Below are positions 9,076 through 18,896 of a DNA stretch of 64,000 bases, piece by piece. A program made the position numbers and the translations under genes. This stretch comes from an uncultured virus (IMG/VR IMGVR_UViG_2519103125_000002) (taxonomy: Duplodnaviria > Heunggongvirae > Uroviricota > Caudoviricetes), in the IMG/VR virus record IMGVR_UViG_2519103125_000002, positions 1 through 64,000 of that record. One strand, 5' to 3'. Position 1 is the first letter of the stretch, and each line of letters starts with the position of its first letter. Below the pieces are notes generated by a model. The model was not told where the DNA came from. It ran no database searches and was given only the letters and a program-made list of their open reading frames with translations.

Positions 9076-9231
9076 TTGTGTTCATATTCAATTGTTTTTA
9101 ATTATCTCGTTCAATCTTCATGATCTTCGTTTATGTAAAATATCAAATTATGTTTTGTTTTGTAGAATGTTGCTTGTTGTGTACTACGTTACAACAAGCT
9201 TTTTTGTTTGTAAACAGCGAAATGACAACTC

Positions 9232-9650
9232 AAAACTACGCATAAGTGTAAATGTATACCTACGAAAAAGTAGAAATGTATACTTTTCTACCATACTTTT
9301 AAATTTGGTATACTATTTCTAACTTACGCATAAGTAGAAATGTATACTTATAACCTCATATTTATAATTGATTCCTTCTTAAAAATTGAAATTAACCCTT
9401 TATTAACGGTATATGGTGAACTAATCTCTAAACTACGCATAGGTGTAAAAGTATACTTTTACACCTTGGAAATTACCCATTCTCTAAACTACGTATGAGT
9501 AGAAAAGTAGAAAAGTATACTAAAAAATCTTACGCTTAAGTATACTTTTCTACTCTTTCGATAAATTTGTTGAAAAAATATAAACTTTTCTTTGGTATAC
9601 TGTTGCGAATATTGTATGTAGATGTTACATTTTACTCAAAGGTATACTTA
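9232..9650. repeat. Centromere (parS)-like or iteron repeat cluster upstream of parA
   Basis: Multiple copies of (C/T)TACGCATAAGTRNAAA(T/A)GTATACTT, including the palindrome GGTGTAAAAGTATACTTTTACACC. Confidence 0.75.
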
Positions 9651-9678
9651 TTCGGAGTTTTATGGAGGAATGTCGAAA

Positions 9679-10509
9679 ATGACTAGACAAGCAACTACAT
9701 ACGTAATCGGTAACTTTAAAGGCGGAGTTGGAAAAACTAAAACAGCTACAATGTTAGCTTATGAAGCAGCTACTGTATTTAATGAGAAGTGTCTGTTAGT
9801 GGATATGGATCCTCAGGGTAATGCTACCAGAGTCCTTGCTAAAACAGGTGACATTGAACAAATAGACAAGTCTATTACAGATGCATTTTTAAATCAAAAT
9901 TTAGAGAATGAGATTATCCCAGTTATCGAGAATTTGGATATCGTTCCATCTAATACTTCATTTAGAAAACTTTCAAAAATCCTCTTTGATATGTTCCCAG
10001 AGGATGAGCTTGCACAAATTACATATTTAAAGAAGTTACTAGAACCATTAAAAGATAAATATGATCGTATCTACATTGATGTACCACCAACAATCAGTGA
10101 CTACTCAGATAATGCTATGATAGCAGCTGATTATTGTATCATCGTTTTACAGACACAAGAGTTATCTCTAGAAGGTGCTCAAACATACATCGCTTATATG
10201 CAATTCTTAGCAGAAACATATGATGCAGACCTACAAGTTTTAGGTATTATCCCAATGATGTTACACCAGGGAAAACGAGTGGATAATAAAGTATTACAAC
10301 AAGCTCAGGAAATGTATGGCGGAAACGTTCTAGATACAATCGTGAGATATCAAGAACGCCTAAAAGTGTATGATATCGAAGGGATTCATAAAAACGTTAA
10401 CGTTAGCGGTAACATTGATATGTGGGATGAAAAAGCACATCAGCTATTCATTGATGTTCTTAGCGAACTTAATGAACATGAAAACTATTTTGCTACTATT
10501 AACGCTTAA
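9679..10509 (+). CDS. parA: ParA/Soj-family partition ATPase (type Ib)
   Basis: Deviant Walker A KGGVGKT, DMDPQGNAT, IDVPP; GGAGG RBS favours start at 9679. Confidence 0.95.
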   Translation: MTRQATTYVIGNFKGGVGKTKTATMLAYEAATVFNEKCLLVDMDPQGNATRVLAKTGDIEQIDKSITDAFLNQNLENEIIPVIENLDIVPSNTSFRKLSKILFDMFPEDELAQITYLKKLLEPLKDKYDRIYIDVPPTISDYSDNAMIAADYCIIVLQTQELSLEGAQTYIAYMQFLAETYDADLQVLGIIPMMLHQGKRVDNKVLQQAQEMYGGNVLDTIVRYQERLKVYDIEGIHKNVNVSGNIDMWDEKAHQLFIDVLSELNEHENYFATINA

Positions 10510-10523
10510 GGAGGAAGTTCAGA

Positions 10524-10925
10524 ATGTCTAAAACACCATTTCAGCCTATAGTCACAAAACCTGGAAACACTTTAAATGACAAAGGTGTACAGATAAAAGG
10601 AACTAACGATTTTGGTCGTAATAGTGAGCCTGTAAAAAAACAAGTTATTAAGCCTATTATCAATAAAGGGAAAGTAACAGCTCCTGAGAAGCCTGATCAA
10701 CGTTTAGTTCCATCTAAAACGGCTAAAATTTCACCTGCTGTTTTATTAAAGCTAAATACACTTAAGCCATTTATAAAAGAACAAGAAAGCATGGATAAAG
10801 CATCAATTAATAGTATTATTGATATGCTTCTTGAAAGTTATGTAAATACTAAACTAACAACAAGACAATCTGAAGGTTATAAAGGTATGTACAAGCACCT
10901 TTATGAAATGCTGGAAAAGAAATAA
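10524..10925 (+). CDS. Putative small partition adaptor (centromere-binding protein)
   Basis: Directly after parA; disordered N-terminus and RHH-like C-terminus (TAKISPAVLLKLNTLK..SIIDMLLESY). Confidence 0.6.
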   Translation: MSKTPFQPIVTKPGNTLNDKGVQIKGTNDFGRNSEPVKKQVIKPIINKGKVTAPEKPDQRLVPSKTAKISPAVLLKLNTLKPFIKEQESMDKASINSIIDMLLESYVNTKLTTRQSEGYKGMYKHLYEMLEKK

Positions 10926-10956
10926 CACGTGAAAAGTTTAAATAGGAGTGGTACCT

Positions 10957-11241
10957 GTGGAAAATAAAAATAATTCATATGTAGTAACAGTTACGCCTAT
11001 TACCGACAACTTAGATTTAAGCACAGACAAGAAATTACAGGCGCCCGAGAAAAAGAAGTTTAAAAACCAACAAGGAAGTATTAAGGTTTCTAATGAATCG
11101 AAAGTAGAACTTGAAGCACTAATGAAAATTACCAACAAGAAATTCGCTCATGAAATCATCAATCTACTTATAGATAATTATGTAGAAAAAGAATTAACTG
11201 CAGAGCAGAAAATGAAATTCAAATTATTGACTGGAATATAA
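10957..11241 (+). CDS. Second putative small partition adaptor (paralogous fold)
   Basis: SIKVSNESKVELEALMK..EIINLLIDNYV resembles preceding protein; terminator at 11241-11282. Confidence 0.6.
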   Translation: MENKNNSYVVTVTPITDNLDLSTDKKLQAPEKKKFKNQQGSIKVSNESKVELEALMKITNKKFAHEIINLLIDNYVEKELTAEQKMKFKLLTGI

Positions 11242-11474
11242 AAAGAAGTATCCCTGAATCTAATTAGGGATACTTCTTTTTTATGAGGTACCTTCAGTAT
11301 TTCAGAAAAAAACAACGCTAAGAGTATACATAAATTTATACAATTTTTCGAGTAATCCAGTAACAAACGAGAACCCGAAAACCGCACCATGATAGGAATG
11401 TATAAAAAATTGTATAGATCCATAGAACAAAAAAGGCGGATTCCCTTTGAAAGTAAGGGGCTGCCTTTTTCCCT

Positions 11475-11503
11475 GCTACCGATAATGAGACGTTATGTTA
11501 ACC
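11475..11503 (+). other. dif-like XerC/D (CodV/RipX) site, 7-bp spacer
   Basis: GCTACCGATAA-TGAGACG-TTATGTTAACC compared with B. subtilis dif ACTTCCTAGAA-TATATA-TTATGTAAACT. Confidence 0.6.
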
Positions 11504-11651
11504 GAGTATGTATATGGTATACAAGAAAAACTTCTTTACTAACGCATTATTTAGATGGTAAAATTTAGAAAAAGAGGCAAGGGTGAGTTCAGTGGACAAT
11601 TTATTTTTAATTTAAAATCTTTTATTTTGTCATAGAAAGGTGTAGATTTTT

Positions 11652-12503
11652 TTGAATACAAAATTAATCATAGTAGAAGGGCTTCCTGGCTTTGGGAAAT
11701 CCACCACTGCAAGCTTGCTTTACGATATTCTAATTGAAAAAAATATTGACGTTGAGTTATTTCTTGAAGGGAATCCAGACCACCCTGCTGATTATGATGG
11801 GGTATCTTGTTTTGATAAAAGTGAATTCGAAAGTTTGTTAGTGAATAGTGGTGATTTTAGGGAAGTAATTAGTGATAGAGTCACGAAACGAGGAAATAAT
11901 TATTTATTGCCATATAAAAAAATTGAAAATGAATACAGCTCTAATTTCCCTGAAAGTTTATTAAATACCATTTTCAAAAATGATATATATGAATTACCGC
12001 TAGAGAGGAATATTGAATTAATAACTGAAAAATGGAGGGATTTTGTTGAAATAGCCAACAACGAAAATAAAACTTATATTTTTGAATGTTGCTTCATACA
12101 AAATCCATTAACAATCGGAATGGTTAAATATGGTGAAGAAAAAGAGAAAGTTATAAGTTATATTAATGAATTAGCGAAAATCATAGAGAAATTAAATCCA
12201 GTATTGTTTTATATAGAACAAGATGATTTGGAATTCTCATTCAGAAAGGTATTTAATGAAAGAGCAAAAGAATGGTCTGCTGGATTTATTGAGTATTATA
12301 CAAATCAAGGGTATGGGAAAATGAAAGGCTATCACGGTATAGACGGAACAATTAAAGTTTTAGAAGCAAGAAGAGATATTGAAAGAGAAATATTTGATAT
12401 GTTAAATATGAAAAAGACAAAAATTGATAATTCACAGTATGAAGCCATCAAATATAAGTCAATGATAATTGAAAAATTGAAATCACTTGAATTTCTAGAT
12501 TAA
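11652..12503 (+). CDS. P-loop nucleoside/nucleotide-kinase-like protein
   Basis: N-terminal LIIVEGLPGFGKST; TTG start with AAAGGTG RBS. Confidence 0.75.
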   Translation: MNTKLIIVEGLPGFGKSTTASLLYDILIEKNIDVELFLEGNPDHPADYDGVSCFDKSEFESLLVNSGDFREVISDRVTKRGNNYLLPYKKIENEYSSNFPESLLNTIFKNDIYELPLERNIELITEKWRDFVEIANNENKTYIFECCFIQNPLTIGMVKYGEEKEKVISYINELAKIIEKLNPVLFYIEQDDLEFSFRKVFNERAKEWSAGFIEYYTNQGYGKMKGYHGIDGTIKVLEARRDIEREIFDMLNMKKTKIDNSQYEAIKYKSMIIEKLKSLEFLD

Positions 12504-12541
12504 TGTAGTGCTTTAATTAAGCAAGAAACTAAGAATTTTTA

Positions 12542-12569
12542 ACTTCCAATAACGATAATTATGTAAATA
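12542..12569 (+). other. dif-like XerC/D site, 6-bp spacer
   Basis: ACTTCCAATAA-CGATAA-TTATGTAAATA, very close to Bacillus dif. Confidence 0.75.
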
Positions 12570-12672
12570 AGCTGCCTATATGGACAGCTTATTTTTTGCT
12601 TAGCGTTGTTTTTCCGAAATGCTGACGATACCCATTTATGTTAAAAATATAATAATAAATACATCTTCCAAC

Positions 12673-12718
12673 AAAGTAGAAAAGTAGAAATGTATACTTT
12701 TCTACTTTTGCGTAGTTT
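12673..12718. repeat. Distal copy of the parS-like palindrome
   Basis: AAAAGTAGAAATGTATACTTTTCTACTTTTGCGTAGTTT matches repeats at 9232-9650. Confidence 0.75.
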
Positions 12719-12730
12719 ATTCTAAATCCT

Positions 12731-13321
12731 TTACCAGAACTTCCACCACGGCTTTTTCTTCTCTTTCGCCGCAGCAACCTCATCTCGAAATTCCTGCATC
12801 ATTCTCTTCGTTTCCTGCATCTCACGTAGCGTCTTCATAAGTGTCTCATCTCGCGCTTCCAATCGTTTTTCCACTCGCTCGTTATGCGATTCTATACTCG
12901 CTTTGATTTCCTCGTTACTTTGCTTGGCCTGCTCACTCAGTCGCTTCTCCATGGCTAACATACTCTGATTCATTTCTTGCGCCATAACGCTGTACTGTTC
13001 CTGTAGTTGCTGTTTAATGTGGAATGGCACTAAATCCGTTTCCTCAGCCACTTCTTGAATCAGATCCGGATTAACTTTTTCTATTTGCTGCGCAATCATC
13101 TTGGCTGCCTTTTCTAACGTCATACCGTCATGCTTACTCAATTCAATTAACTTCTCAATCACCATAATGTCATTGTCTGTGTATTGGCGTCTGCCACGAT
13201 TATCTTTCTTTACTGCGAATCCCTCGCGCGATAATACTTCCATGTACTTTCTAAGGGTGCTATCGGATATTCCTAGTCGCTTGTATACGTCGCTAGCAGA
13301 ATACACAATTTCGTCCGTCAT
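12731..13321 (-). CDS. MerR-like HTH plus coiled-coil plasmid protein (DUF3967-like)
   Basis: YSASDVYKRLGISDSTLRKY HTH; C-terminal KKPWWKFW. Confidence 0.75.
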   Translation of the reverse strand: MTDEIVYSASDVYKRLGISDSTLRKYMEVLSREGFAVKKDNRGRRQYTDNDIMVIEKLIELSKHDGMTLEKAAKMIAQQIEKVNPDLIQEVAEETDLVPFHIKQQLQEQYSVMAQEMNQSMLAMEKRLSEQAKQSNEEIKASIESHNERVEKRLEARDETLMKTLREMQETKRMMQEFRDEVAAAKEKKKPWWKFW

Positions 13322-13422
13322 AACGTCACAACACCTCCTAGTGACAGTATTCCATGACGGTTAAGAAATTCCTGCAAGTAAAAAAAGGAATCCAATAGGA
13401 CCCCTTTTTACTCTAATAAACC

Positions 13423-13857
13423 TTAAAACTTAATTGTTGCTTGTCCAGCCCGATACCATTTTCCATCATTTGCTTTAGCAAAACCATAAACTGTTCCTCC
13501 ATTAGAACCAATTTTTTGCTTAACATTATTTAATGATTCATATCCATAAGCTGAATAACCATTACCACTTTGAGGAATCGCTACAGCTAATGTATTGTAA
13601 TTATTTGGTTCCTCATAACTGTTTGTCCAAGCGATTCTGTCATAAAACGTAGAAGTAAATGGATTCTCCAGACCTTTTACAGCAAATTCAACAGTGCTCC
13701 CATAAACATTTACAGTAGTATACGCCGTACTTAAAGCTTGCAAATCTGTAACTTCTGTTTTAATTGCAGATGGTGTGTTTTCTGCTGCCATCACACCGCC
13801 AGCTCCAGACAACATAATCCCAGTTGCTAATGATCCAATTGCCAGTTTCTTTAACAT
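13423..13857 (-). CDS. Secreted protein (signal-peptide family paralog 3)
   Basis: MLKKLAIGSLATGIMLSG signal; upstream CTTGCACC motif shared with paralogs 1 and 2. Confidence 0.75.
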   Translation of the reverse strand: MLKKLAIGSLATGIMLSGAGGVMAAENTPSAIKTEVTDLQALSTAYTTVNVYGSTVEFAVKGLENPFTSTFYDRIAWTNSYEEPNNYNTLAVAIPQSGNGYSAYGYESLNNVKQKIGSNGGTVYGFAKANDGKWYRAGQATIKF

Positions 13858-14042
13858 AAAAAAGCCCCCTTTAATAGTTTTATAGCTTGCACCCTCATCA
13901 TACTTTCGATTTTTATTTATGTAAATATATTACAATTTTAGAAACATAAAACTATTAATTGCAAATGTTTAGTTAAGATATGTTGTCTGATAATAACGAT
14001 AGATGGTTATTATTATATGAAAAAGTCCTACATTAAGTAGGA

Positions 14043-14531
14043 CTAAATAGCCTTAGCAATTTCAACAAGCAATCGCATAAACAATGGAATCATTTGAACA
14101 ACTATATAGCCGATCCCTGCTCTTGAAATTAAGCTAAATCCTCGTTCCTGGCTACCAACCATAATGAACAACCCACCGCATAACGCTACAACGGATGCAA
14201 TCGGATAGGATACTGCTTTAATCAAGAAAATAACCGGTTCGAATGCATTTACAATACGATTGTATAACTGGCCATCTATATAATTCTTTATTGCCCCATC
14301 GTTGGATTGCACATCTTTAAATACTTCATTCACATCCGGATTATTCCCATCAGCAAAAACATGAGGAATATCTATAATTTGACTGAATATAATAGCACTA
14401 CCGATCACAATACTTATTCGCGCCGCCACGGGTGCGTATTTTTTTGCTTTCTTTTTGAACAAGCTCCACTTTTTCTTCGCTCCATAGTTACCATCCATAA
14501 AATCTTTGATGCTCATTGTCTCAGTTGCCAT
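14043..14531 (-). CDS. Membrane protein with TrbC/VirB2 pilin-like hydrophobic hairpin
   Basis: Start MATETMS after AGGGGG RBS; signal-like segment ending VFA and two C-terminal TMs. Confidence 0.6.
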   Translation of the reverse strand: MATETMSIKDFMDGNYGAKKKWSLFKKKAKKYAPVAARISIVIGSAIIFSQIIDIPHVFADGNNPDVNEVFKDVQSNDGAIKNYIDGQLYNRIVNAFEPVIFLIKAVSYPIASVVALCGGLFIMVGSQERGFSLISRAGIGYIVVQMIPLFMRLLVEIAKAI

Positions 14532-14550
14532 ATGGACCATCCCCCTGTTT

Positions 14551-15147
14551 TTAATGGAAATCAGTAACCGTAAATATGTTACAATCCAATCCCTCACAAA
14601 GCTTTTGGAGTTGTTTTCTGCGATATTCCGTCGTGGTGTACCAAATAAACTTAGGTGTCTTTTCAAACACTTTGCATTCAATTAATTTACGATACTTCTG
14701 CATCTTGATACGATTCGCGCTCATCTTTTGCTCATGATCCACCTCTACAATGTGATAACGGCCATTATCCGTGAATAGTGCATCTGCAATTATGGAAACG
14801 ATACCCTTCACATTCATCTTAACTTCCTGTTTCCACGTTTTCGGGCATTCGTAAGCGATGTAGATGTCATTCCTCATAATGTAATGGCGAAATTGATTCG
14901 AACGCTTGAGTATCTTCTTACTTCCGATACGTTCACGCCCTTCCTTGTTAAGATAATAAACTTTCTCTCCGTCCCTAAAGCTAGATACATATTCTTCAAT
15001 TCCTTTCATAACACGCGATGCATTCCTGTCACCACCAAGATCATGAAGTACCTGGATTTGCTTCCTACTTAAAAATCCCAACTTCTTCAAGCTCAAGAGT
15101 ATGGACTCGGTTCTCGCTTCCTTTAGTGCTAGTTTTTGCATCTTCAT
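14551..15147 (-). CDS. Replication-relaxation (Replic_Relax) family protein
   Basis: N-terminal wHTH, HYIMRND, ADALF..IVEVD..KM motif; follows FtsK-like gene as in Bacillus phages. Confidence 0.75.
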   Translation of the reverse strand: MKMQKLALKEARTESILLSLKKLGFLSRKQIQVLHDLGGDRNASRVMKGIEEYVSSFRDGEKVYYLNKEGRERIGSKKILKRSNQFRHYIMRNDIYIAYECPKTWKQEVKMNVKGIVSIIADALFTDNGRYHIVEVDHEQKMSANRIKMQKYRKLIECKVFEKTPKFIWYTTTEYRRKQLQKLCEGLDCNIFTVTDFH

Positions 15148-16363
15148 GCTCCTTCCTCGCTCTAATGTTGATGTGTGGCTTTATGATGTTATCAATCTGC
15201 TTATTATCGATATAAACCGTCTGAAGGACCTTTTTCTCGTTTGTTTGGTATATAGCCCTTCCCTTTATATTTGGAAGACCCTCTGCGCCGCCCTCATCTA
15301 ATACGGCACGGCTCCCTGCCTCTGTTTGTAATCTAAAGCAAACACGAGCACCAATATTTTGACGCAGTTGTGACGGCATAGCGCTATTCGTCGGATATTG
15401 GGTTGCATATATTAAACGGAATCCAGCCGCCCTGCCACGACGACCAATATCAACAATAATGTCCTGGCACTCCTGATATGGCGCTATATCGGCTGCTTCA
15501 TCTACGATTACAAAATACCGTACTGGATCCCCGGCTTCTTTTATATCTTCGTATCCTTTTTCTAGTAAGTATTCGTTTCTAGCATTCAGTTTATCTTGCA
15601 ATTCCCTTAGAGTCTCAATGGCTTCCTCTGGGTTCTTCGCAATTGATTCGACTTGATTTAGGAATCTGTATCGGTTGAAAGAGAGACCACCCTTCAAATC
15701 TATAAGGAATAGCTTTATATTTTCTGATTGGTTGCGCACTAGCGAAGTAATAATAAGCTTTAATACATTCGATTTCCCCATATCCGTCATGCCGGCAGAG
15801 ATCATATGTGATAGCTGGTCAAAGTCGTGTTTTATCAATCCATCTCTTGTATAACCAATAGGGACTTCCCATCCCCTACATTGCTTCATCATCTCTTCTT
15901 CAAATTTCACGAAAACAGGAATTCCTTTCTCATAAACTCGTATTTTAAGTAACCCATCGTAAGACAGCTCAATTTCCTTTCTAACGAGTCTTTTCTTGCT
16001 TATGATGTTTTGTATTTGTTTTAAGATATCTTTTCGCAGTCGAAGAGATTTGAAGTCTTGTAGTTTAAAATCATAAACTTTGCTCTTGTGGTTTAATCCA
16101 TCTTCTAAATGTTGTATCTTTTGTTTAAAATCGGAGAAGCTAAGACCAAGCGGAATCCTATACGCATATTCAACTCCCCACTCATTCCTCGTCTTACGGA
16201 GTAGCTGTATAGTTCTGGTCTCTTTTCCTTCTTTTACTTTTAAACCGCAATTAGCACAAATCCTTTGAATCTTAGAGGCATCATTCGTTGCTCCTTTTTG
16301 ATGCATTTTTGATAGAAAGACTACACCACCAACTGCAGCTGAACTTACTAACTCAAATATCAC
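15065..16363 (-). CDS. FtsK/SpoIIIE-domain ATPase
   Basis: HMISAGMTDMGKS Walker A, LIDLKGG, VIVDEAA, GRAAG..ATQYP. Confidence 0.9.
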   Translation of the reverse strand: MIFELVSSAAVGGVVFLSKMHQKGATNDASKIQRICANCGLKVKEGKETRTIQLLRKTRNEWGVEYAYRIPLGLSFSDFKQKIQHLEDGLNHKSKVYDFKLQDFKSLRLRKDILKQIQNIISKKRLVRKEIELSYDGLLKIRVYEKGIPVFVKFEEEMMKQCRGWEVPIGYTRDGLIKHDFDQLSHMISAGMTDMGKSNVLKLIITSLVRNQSENIKLFLIDLKGGLSFNRYRFLNQVESIAKNPEEAIETLRELQDKLNARNEYLLEKGYEDIKEAGDPVRYFVIVDEAADIAPYQECQDIIVDIGRRGRAAGFRLIYATQYPTNSAMPSQLRQNIGARVCFRLQTEAGSRAVLDEGGAEGLPNIKGRAIYQTNEKKVLQTVYIDNKQIDNIIKPHINIRARKEHEDAKTSTKGSENRVHTLELEEVGIFK

Positions 16364-16675
16364 AAACCTGCACCACCCCTCATGTATGTTTTAGCAAAAA
16401 CAGTTCCTGCTAATTAGAAGAGAGAATAATAGCTATGAATCATTGAAAATACTAATCTTTCAATGTCTGAAGCAGTATTCTGCAAACGAATTCTATTCAG
16501 AATAGGTGAAACGAAGTTTTAAGAGGCTATTAATTTGGAACTAGGAATCGTAATTTGTTTGGTATGGTAAAAGGTATTCTATACAGCTTGCTCAATATTC
16601 ACCATTTTTAGGGGTTTATTTTTAGTGAAACTAGGACATTACTGAAGACAACAGATAACTAAAGGAGTGAATGTT

Positions 16676-16900
16676 GTGTGGGGTCTTGGAAAAAAACGCA
16701 CAAAGTTTGGGAAGTATTTAGATAAGCATGGCATTGAGCAAGAATGGTTAATTAGAAAATCCGGCCTCGGAAGAAATACAGTAGGTGATTTAGCTAATAA
16801 TCCTGACAGATCGCCAACAAGGAAGACCATGCAAAAGATATTAAAGGTTCTCCGCGAATTAGATCCAAGGATTAAAGCTGATGATTTCTGGGATATGTAA
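16676..16900 (+). CDS. Small XRE-like HTH regulator
   Basis: GIEQEWLIRKSGLGRNTVGDL; divergent from FtsK gene. Confidence 0.75.
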   Translation: MWGLGKKRTKFGKYLDKHGIEQEWLIRKSGLGRNTVGDLANNPDRSPTRKTMQKILKVLRELDPRIKADDFWDM

Positions 16901-16933
16901 AACAATATTGTAATTTAGTAAAAAAGGAGCTGT

Positions 16934-17173
16934 ATGGGTATGGAGAGAAAGTCTGTTGAATATTTCATAGAAATAATGAATGAACGCATTCAATTCTTAA
17001 CAGATAGCATTAATGATTTTGAAAATGAAATAAAAGCTGCTGATGGATATGCAAAAGGTCATTTTAAAGGATATAATGCCGCTCGCCGAAGCGAAATTGA
17101 ATTTATCCAACGACGAATAGAATTTTTAAATAAGATATTAGAGGAGAACAACGAGTCAGAAAAAGCAATTTAA
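16934..17173 (+). CDS. Hypothetical coiled-coil protein
   Basis: ORF with AAGGAG RBS. Confidence 0.6.
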   Translation: MGMERKSVEYFIEIMNERIQFLTDSINDFENEIKAADGYAKGHFKGYNAARRSEIEFIQRRIEFLNKILEENNESEKAI

Positions 17174-17175
17174 AA

Positions 17176-17189
17176 AGAACGCATGTTCG
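17176..17189. promoter_or_regulatory. SOS (LexA/DinR) box
   Basis: AGAACGCATGTTCG matches CGAAC-N4-GTTCG; adjacent to TGTATAAT -10 upstream of yolD-like gene. Confidence 0.85.
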
Positions 17190-17228
17190 TGTATAATTAA
17201 CATAAATTACACGAATCGGGGGATCATC

Positions 17229-17582
17229 ATGGAAAATCAGAACTGGGGAACACCTAAATTACGCGGGAGGGGCATGGTAAAATGGCAGCCGTTTGCCAGT
17301 ATGCCGGAACAGTTCGCGGGAATTAGAGAAATACTTAATGACCTAAGTAAAATACCAAAACCAATAATTTCTGAAGATATGCAGGAGCAGATTGAACGAA
17401 GTCTTATTCATTCGATGCAAAGTAAAGAGGAAAGATCTATTTCATACTATCGTGATGGAATAGTGCACAACATGTACATAAATGTATTACATATTGAACC
17501 GATGTTAAAAACCGTGTATTGTACGGATGCATTTGGTTTGAATACTGAGTTTAAGTTTGATGAGCTAGTGAGTATAAATTAA
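17229..17582 (+). CDS. YolD-like protein
   Basis: RGMVKWQPFASMPEQF..PKP.ISED signature; SOS box upstream. Confidence 0.9.
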   Translation: MENQNWGTPKLRGRGMVKWQPFASMPEQFAGIREILNDLSKIPKPIISEDMQEQIERSLIHSMQSKEERSISYYRDGIVHNMYINVLHIEPMLKTVYCTDAFGLNTEFKFDELVSIN

Positions 17583-17624
17583 AAAAGCCGCCCAATAGGC
17601 GGCTCTTGTTTTTGTTCATTAAAA

Positions 17625-18380
17625 CTATTCTTTTGTATAGAAGTACTTAAGACCTCTAGCATCTAACCATGCTGTTGCTCGATCTAGTTCATTTCCTTGA
17701 CGGTAATCTGTCTCAAATCGAACCAAACCTTGTTTATTACCTATAGAAACAATACGAGATTCATATCCTAATGCATCCATCATTTGCACAACAGTAGGCA
17801 CTAACGCTGTCCCAAATTCATACGTAACAACTTTATTAAATTTATTCACTATAATTTCCACCTTTCCTGTATCTTGTAATTTATTTAAATTCTTAATGCT
17901 AGATGATCTATTTTCACATTGATTTTTAAACCACTGAACACGTCCTTCATCTAACATTCGGTGTGGACAGTACTTACCATTTCTCTCTTGATGAGTCTTA
18001 ACTTTACTAATTGGTATATCAAACTGAATCATTAATTGAGCAATAACTTCAACTGCGTTCAATTCAGCTTTACGATATCTTTCTCCACCGGACATAGAAT
18101 AGCAAATTTCAACCCCAATACTATTACGATTCCCTCTTCCATTAGCACCATCACCAGCATGCCATGCGTTTCTGTTAAAAGGAATTAACTGAATAGCTTC
18201 TTTGTCATCCACAGCGATATGAAAAGATGTTCCAGTACTATTATTAGCAACGTTATTTCGCTCATTTATAGCTGGAGCATCGTTATACGTATTGTGGAAT
18301 GTAATCTCGGTTGGATTCATTTCATACGGGCATAGGGCATCGTATCGACTTTTTGGTACTAACATTTGTTTGATCTCCAT
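17625..18380 (-). CDS. Endolysin, N-acetylmuramoyl-L-alanine amidase (Amidase_2 plus PlyG-like cell-wall-binding domain)
   Basis: ITFHNT, SFHIAVDD, AWHAGDG, SIGVEIC, KYCP. Confidence 0.95.
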   Translation of the reverse strand: MEIKQMLVPKSRYDALCPYEMNPTEITFHNTYNDAPAINERNNVANNSTGTSFHIAVDDKEAIQLIPFNRNAWHAGDGANGRGNRNSIGVEICYSMSGGERYRKAELNAVEVIAQLMIQFDIPISKVKTHQERNGKYCPHRMLDEGRVQWFKNQCENRSSSIKNLNKLQDTGKVEIIVNKFNKVVTYEFGTALVPTVVQMMDALGYESRIVSIGNKQGLVRFETDYRQGNELDRATAWLDARGLKYFYTKE

Positions 18381-18805
18381 TACTTTACCTCTCCTTTTTT
18401 CTCTTCTTGTTTTTGTTTGCTACCTAAAATTTCAACTGCATTTGTTAATGGTTGTGGGAGTGGGATACCCATTCGTCCAGCGTTTTCTAAAAGTGAAAGC
18501 AATTCATTCCCCATGAAAAAGAAGATTGTCGCTTCACGAATTGCATTGTTACTTCCAAGTACTGTATCGAGCTGGGCGGCCGCACCGACCAAAATAAAAA
18601 GCACCACCTTTTTGGCGATGCCTTTGAAACCAACTTTGCTTTTTAATTCTCCGTTATAACCTGCTGCAATCATGCCAGTTAAATAATCAATAACCGCCAT
18701 CGTCACTAAGACTTTCAATGTTGCATCCCATCCTCCCAAGAAATACCCACAGAAGCCACCAAACGTAGCTATAAATGTTTTCAGTAATACATCAATACGA
18801 TCCAT
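18380..18805 (-). CDS. Holin (toxin secretion/phage lysis holin family)
   Basis: DYLTGMIAA..LKSKVGFKGIAKK..NELLSLLENAGRMG. Confidence 0.95.
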   Translation of the reverse strand: MDRIDVLLKTFIATFGGFCGYFLGGWDATLKVLVTMAVIDYLTGMIAAGYNGELKSKVGFKGIAKKVVLFILVGAAAQLDTVLGSNNAIREATIFFFMGNELLSLLENAGRMGIPLPQPLTNAVEILGSKQKQEEKKGEVK

Positions 18806-18896
18806 CTTTTCACTCCTTTTCTAAAAATAAAAAGCCTGCTTCTGCACGCTTTGGTTTGTTGTAAAAGTCGTATTTTATACAAAATAAAAAAACAGC

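Noticed and set aside
9071..9322. 83-aa ORF as a Rep protein
   Set aside because: No RBS or motif, and it overlaps the sRNA terminator and parS-like repeats
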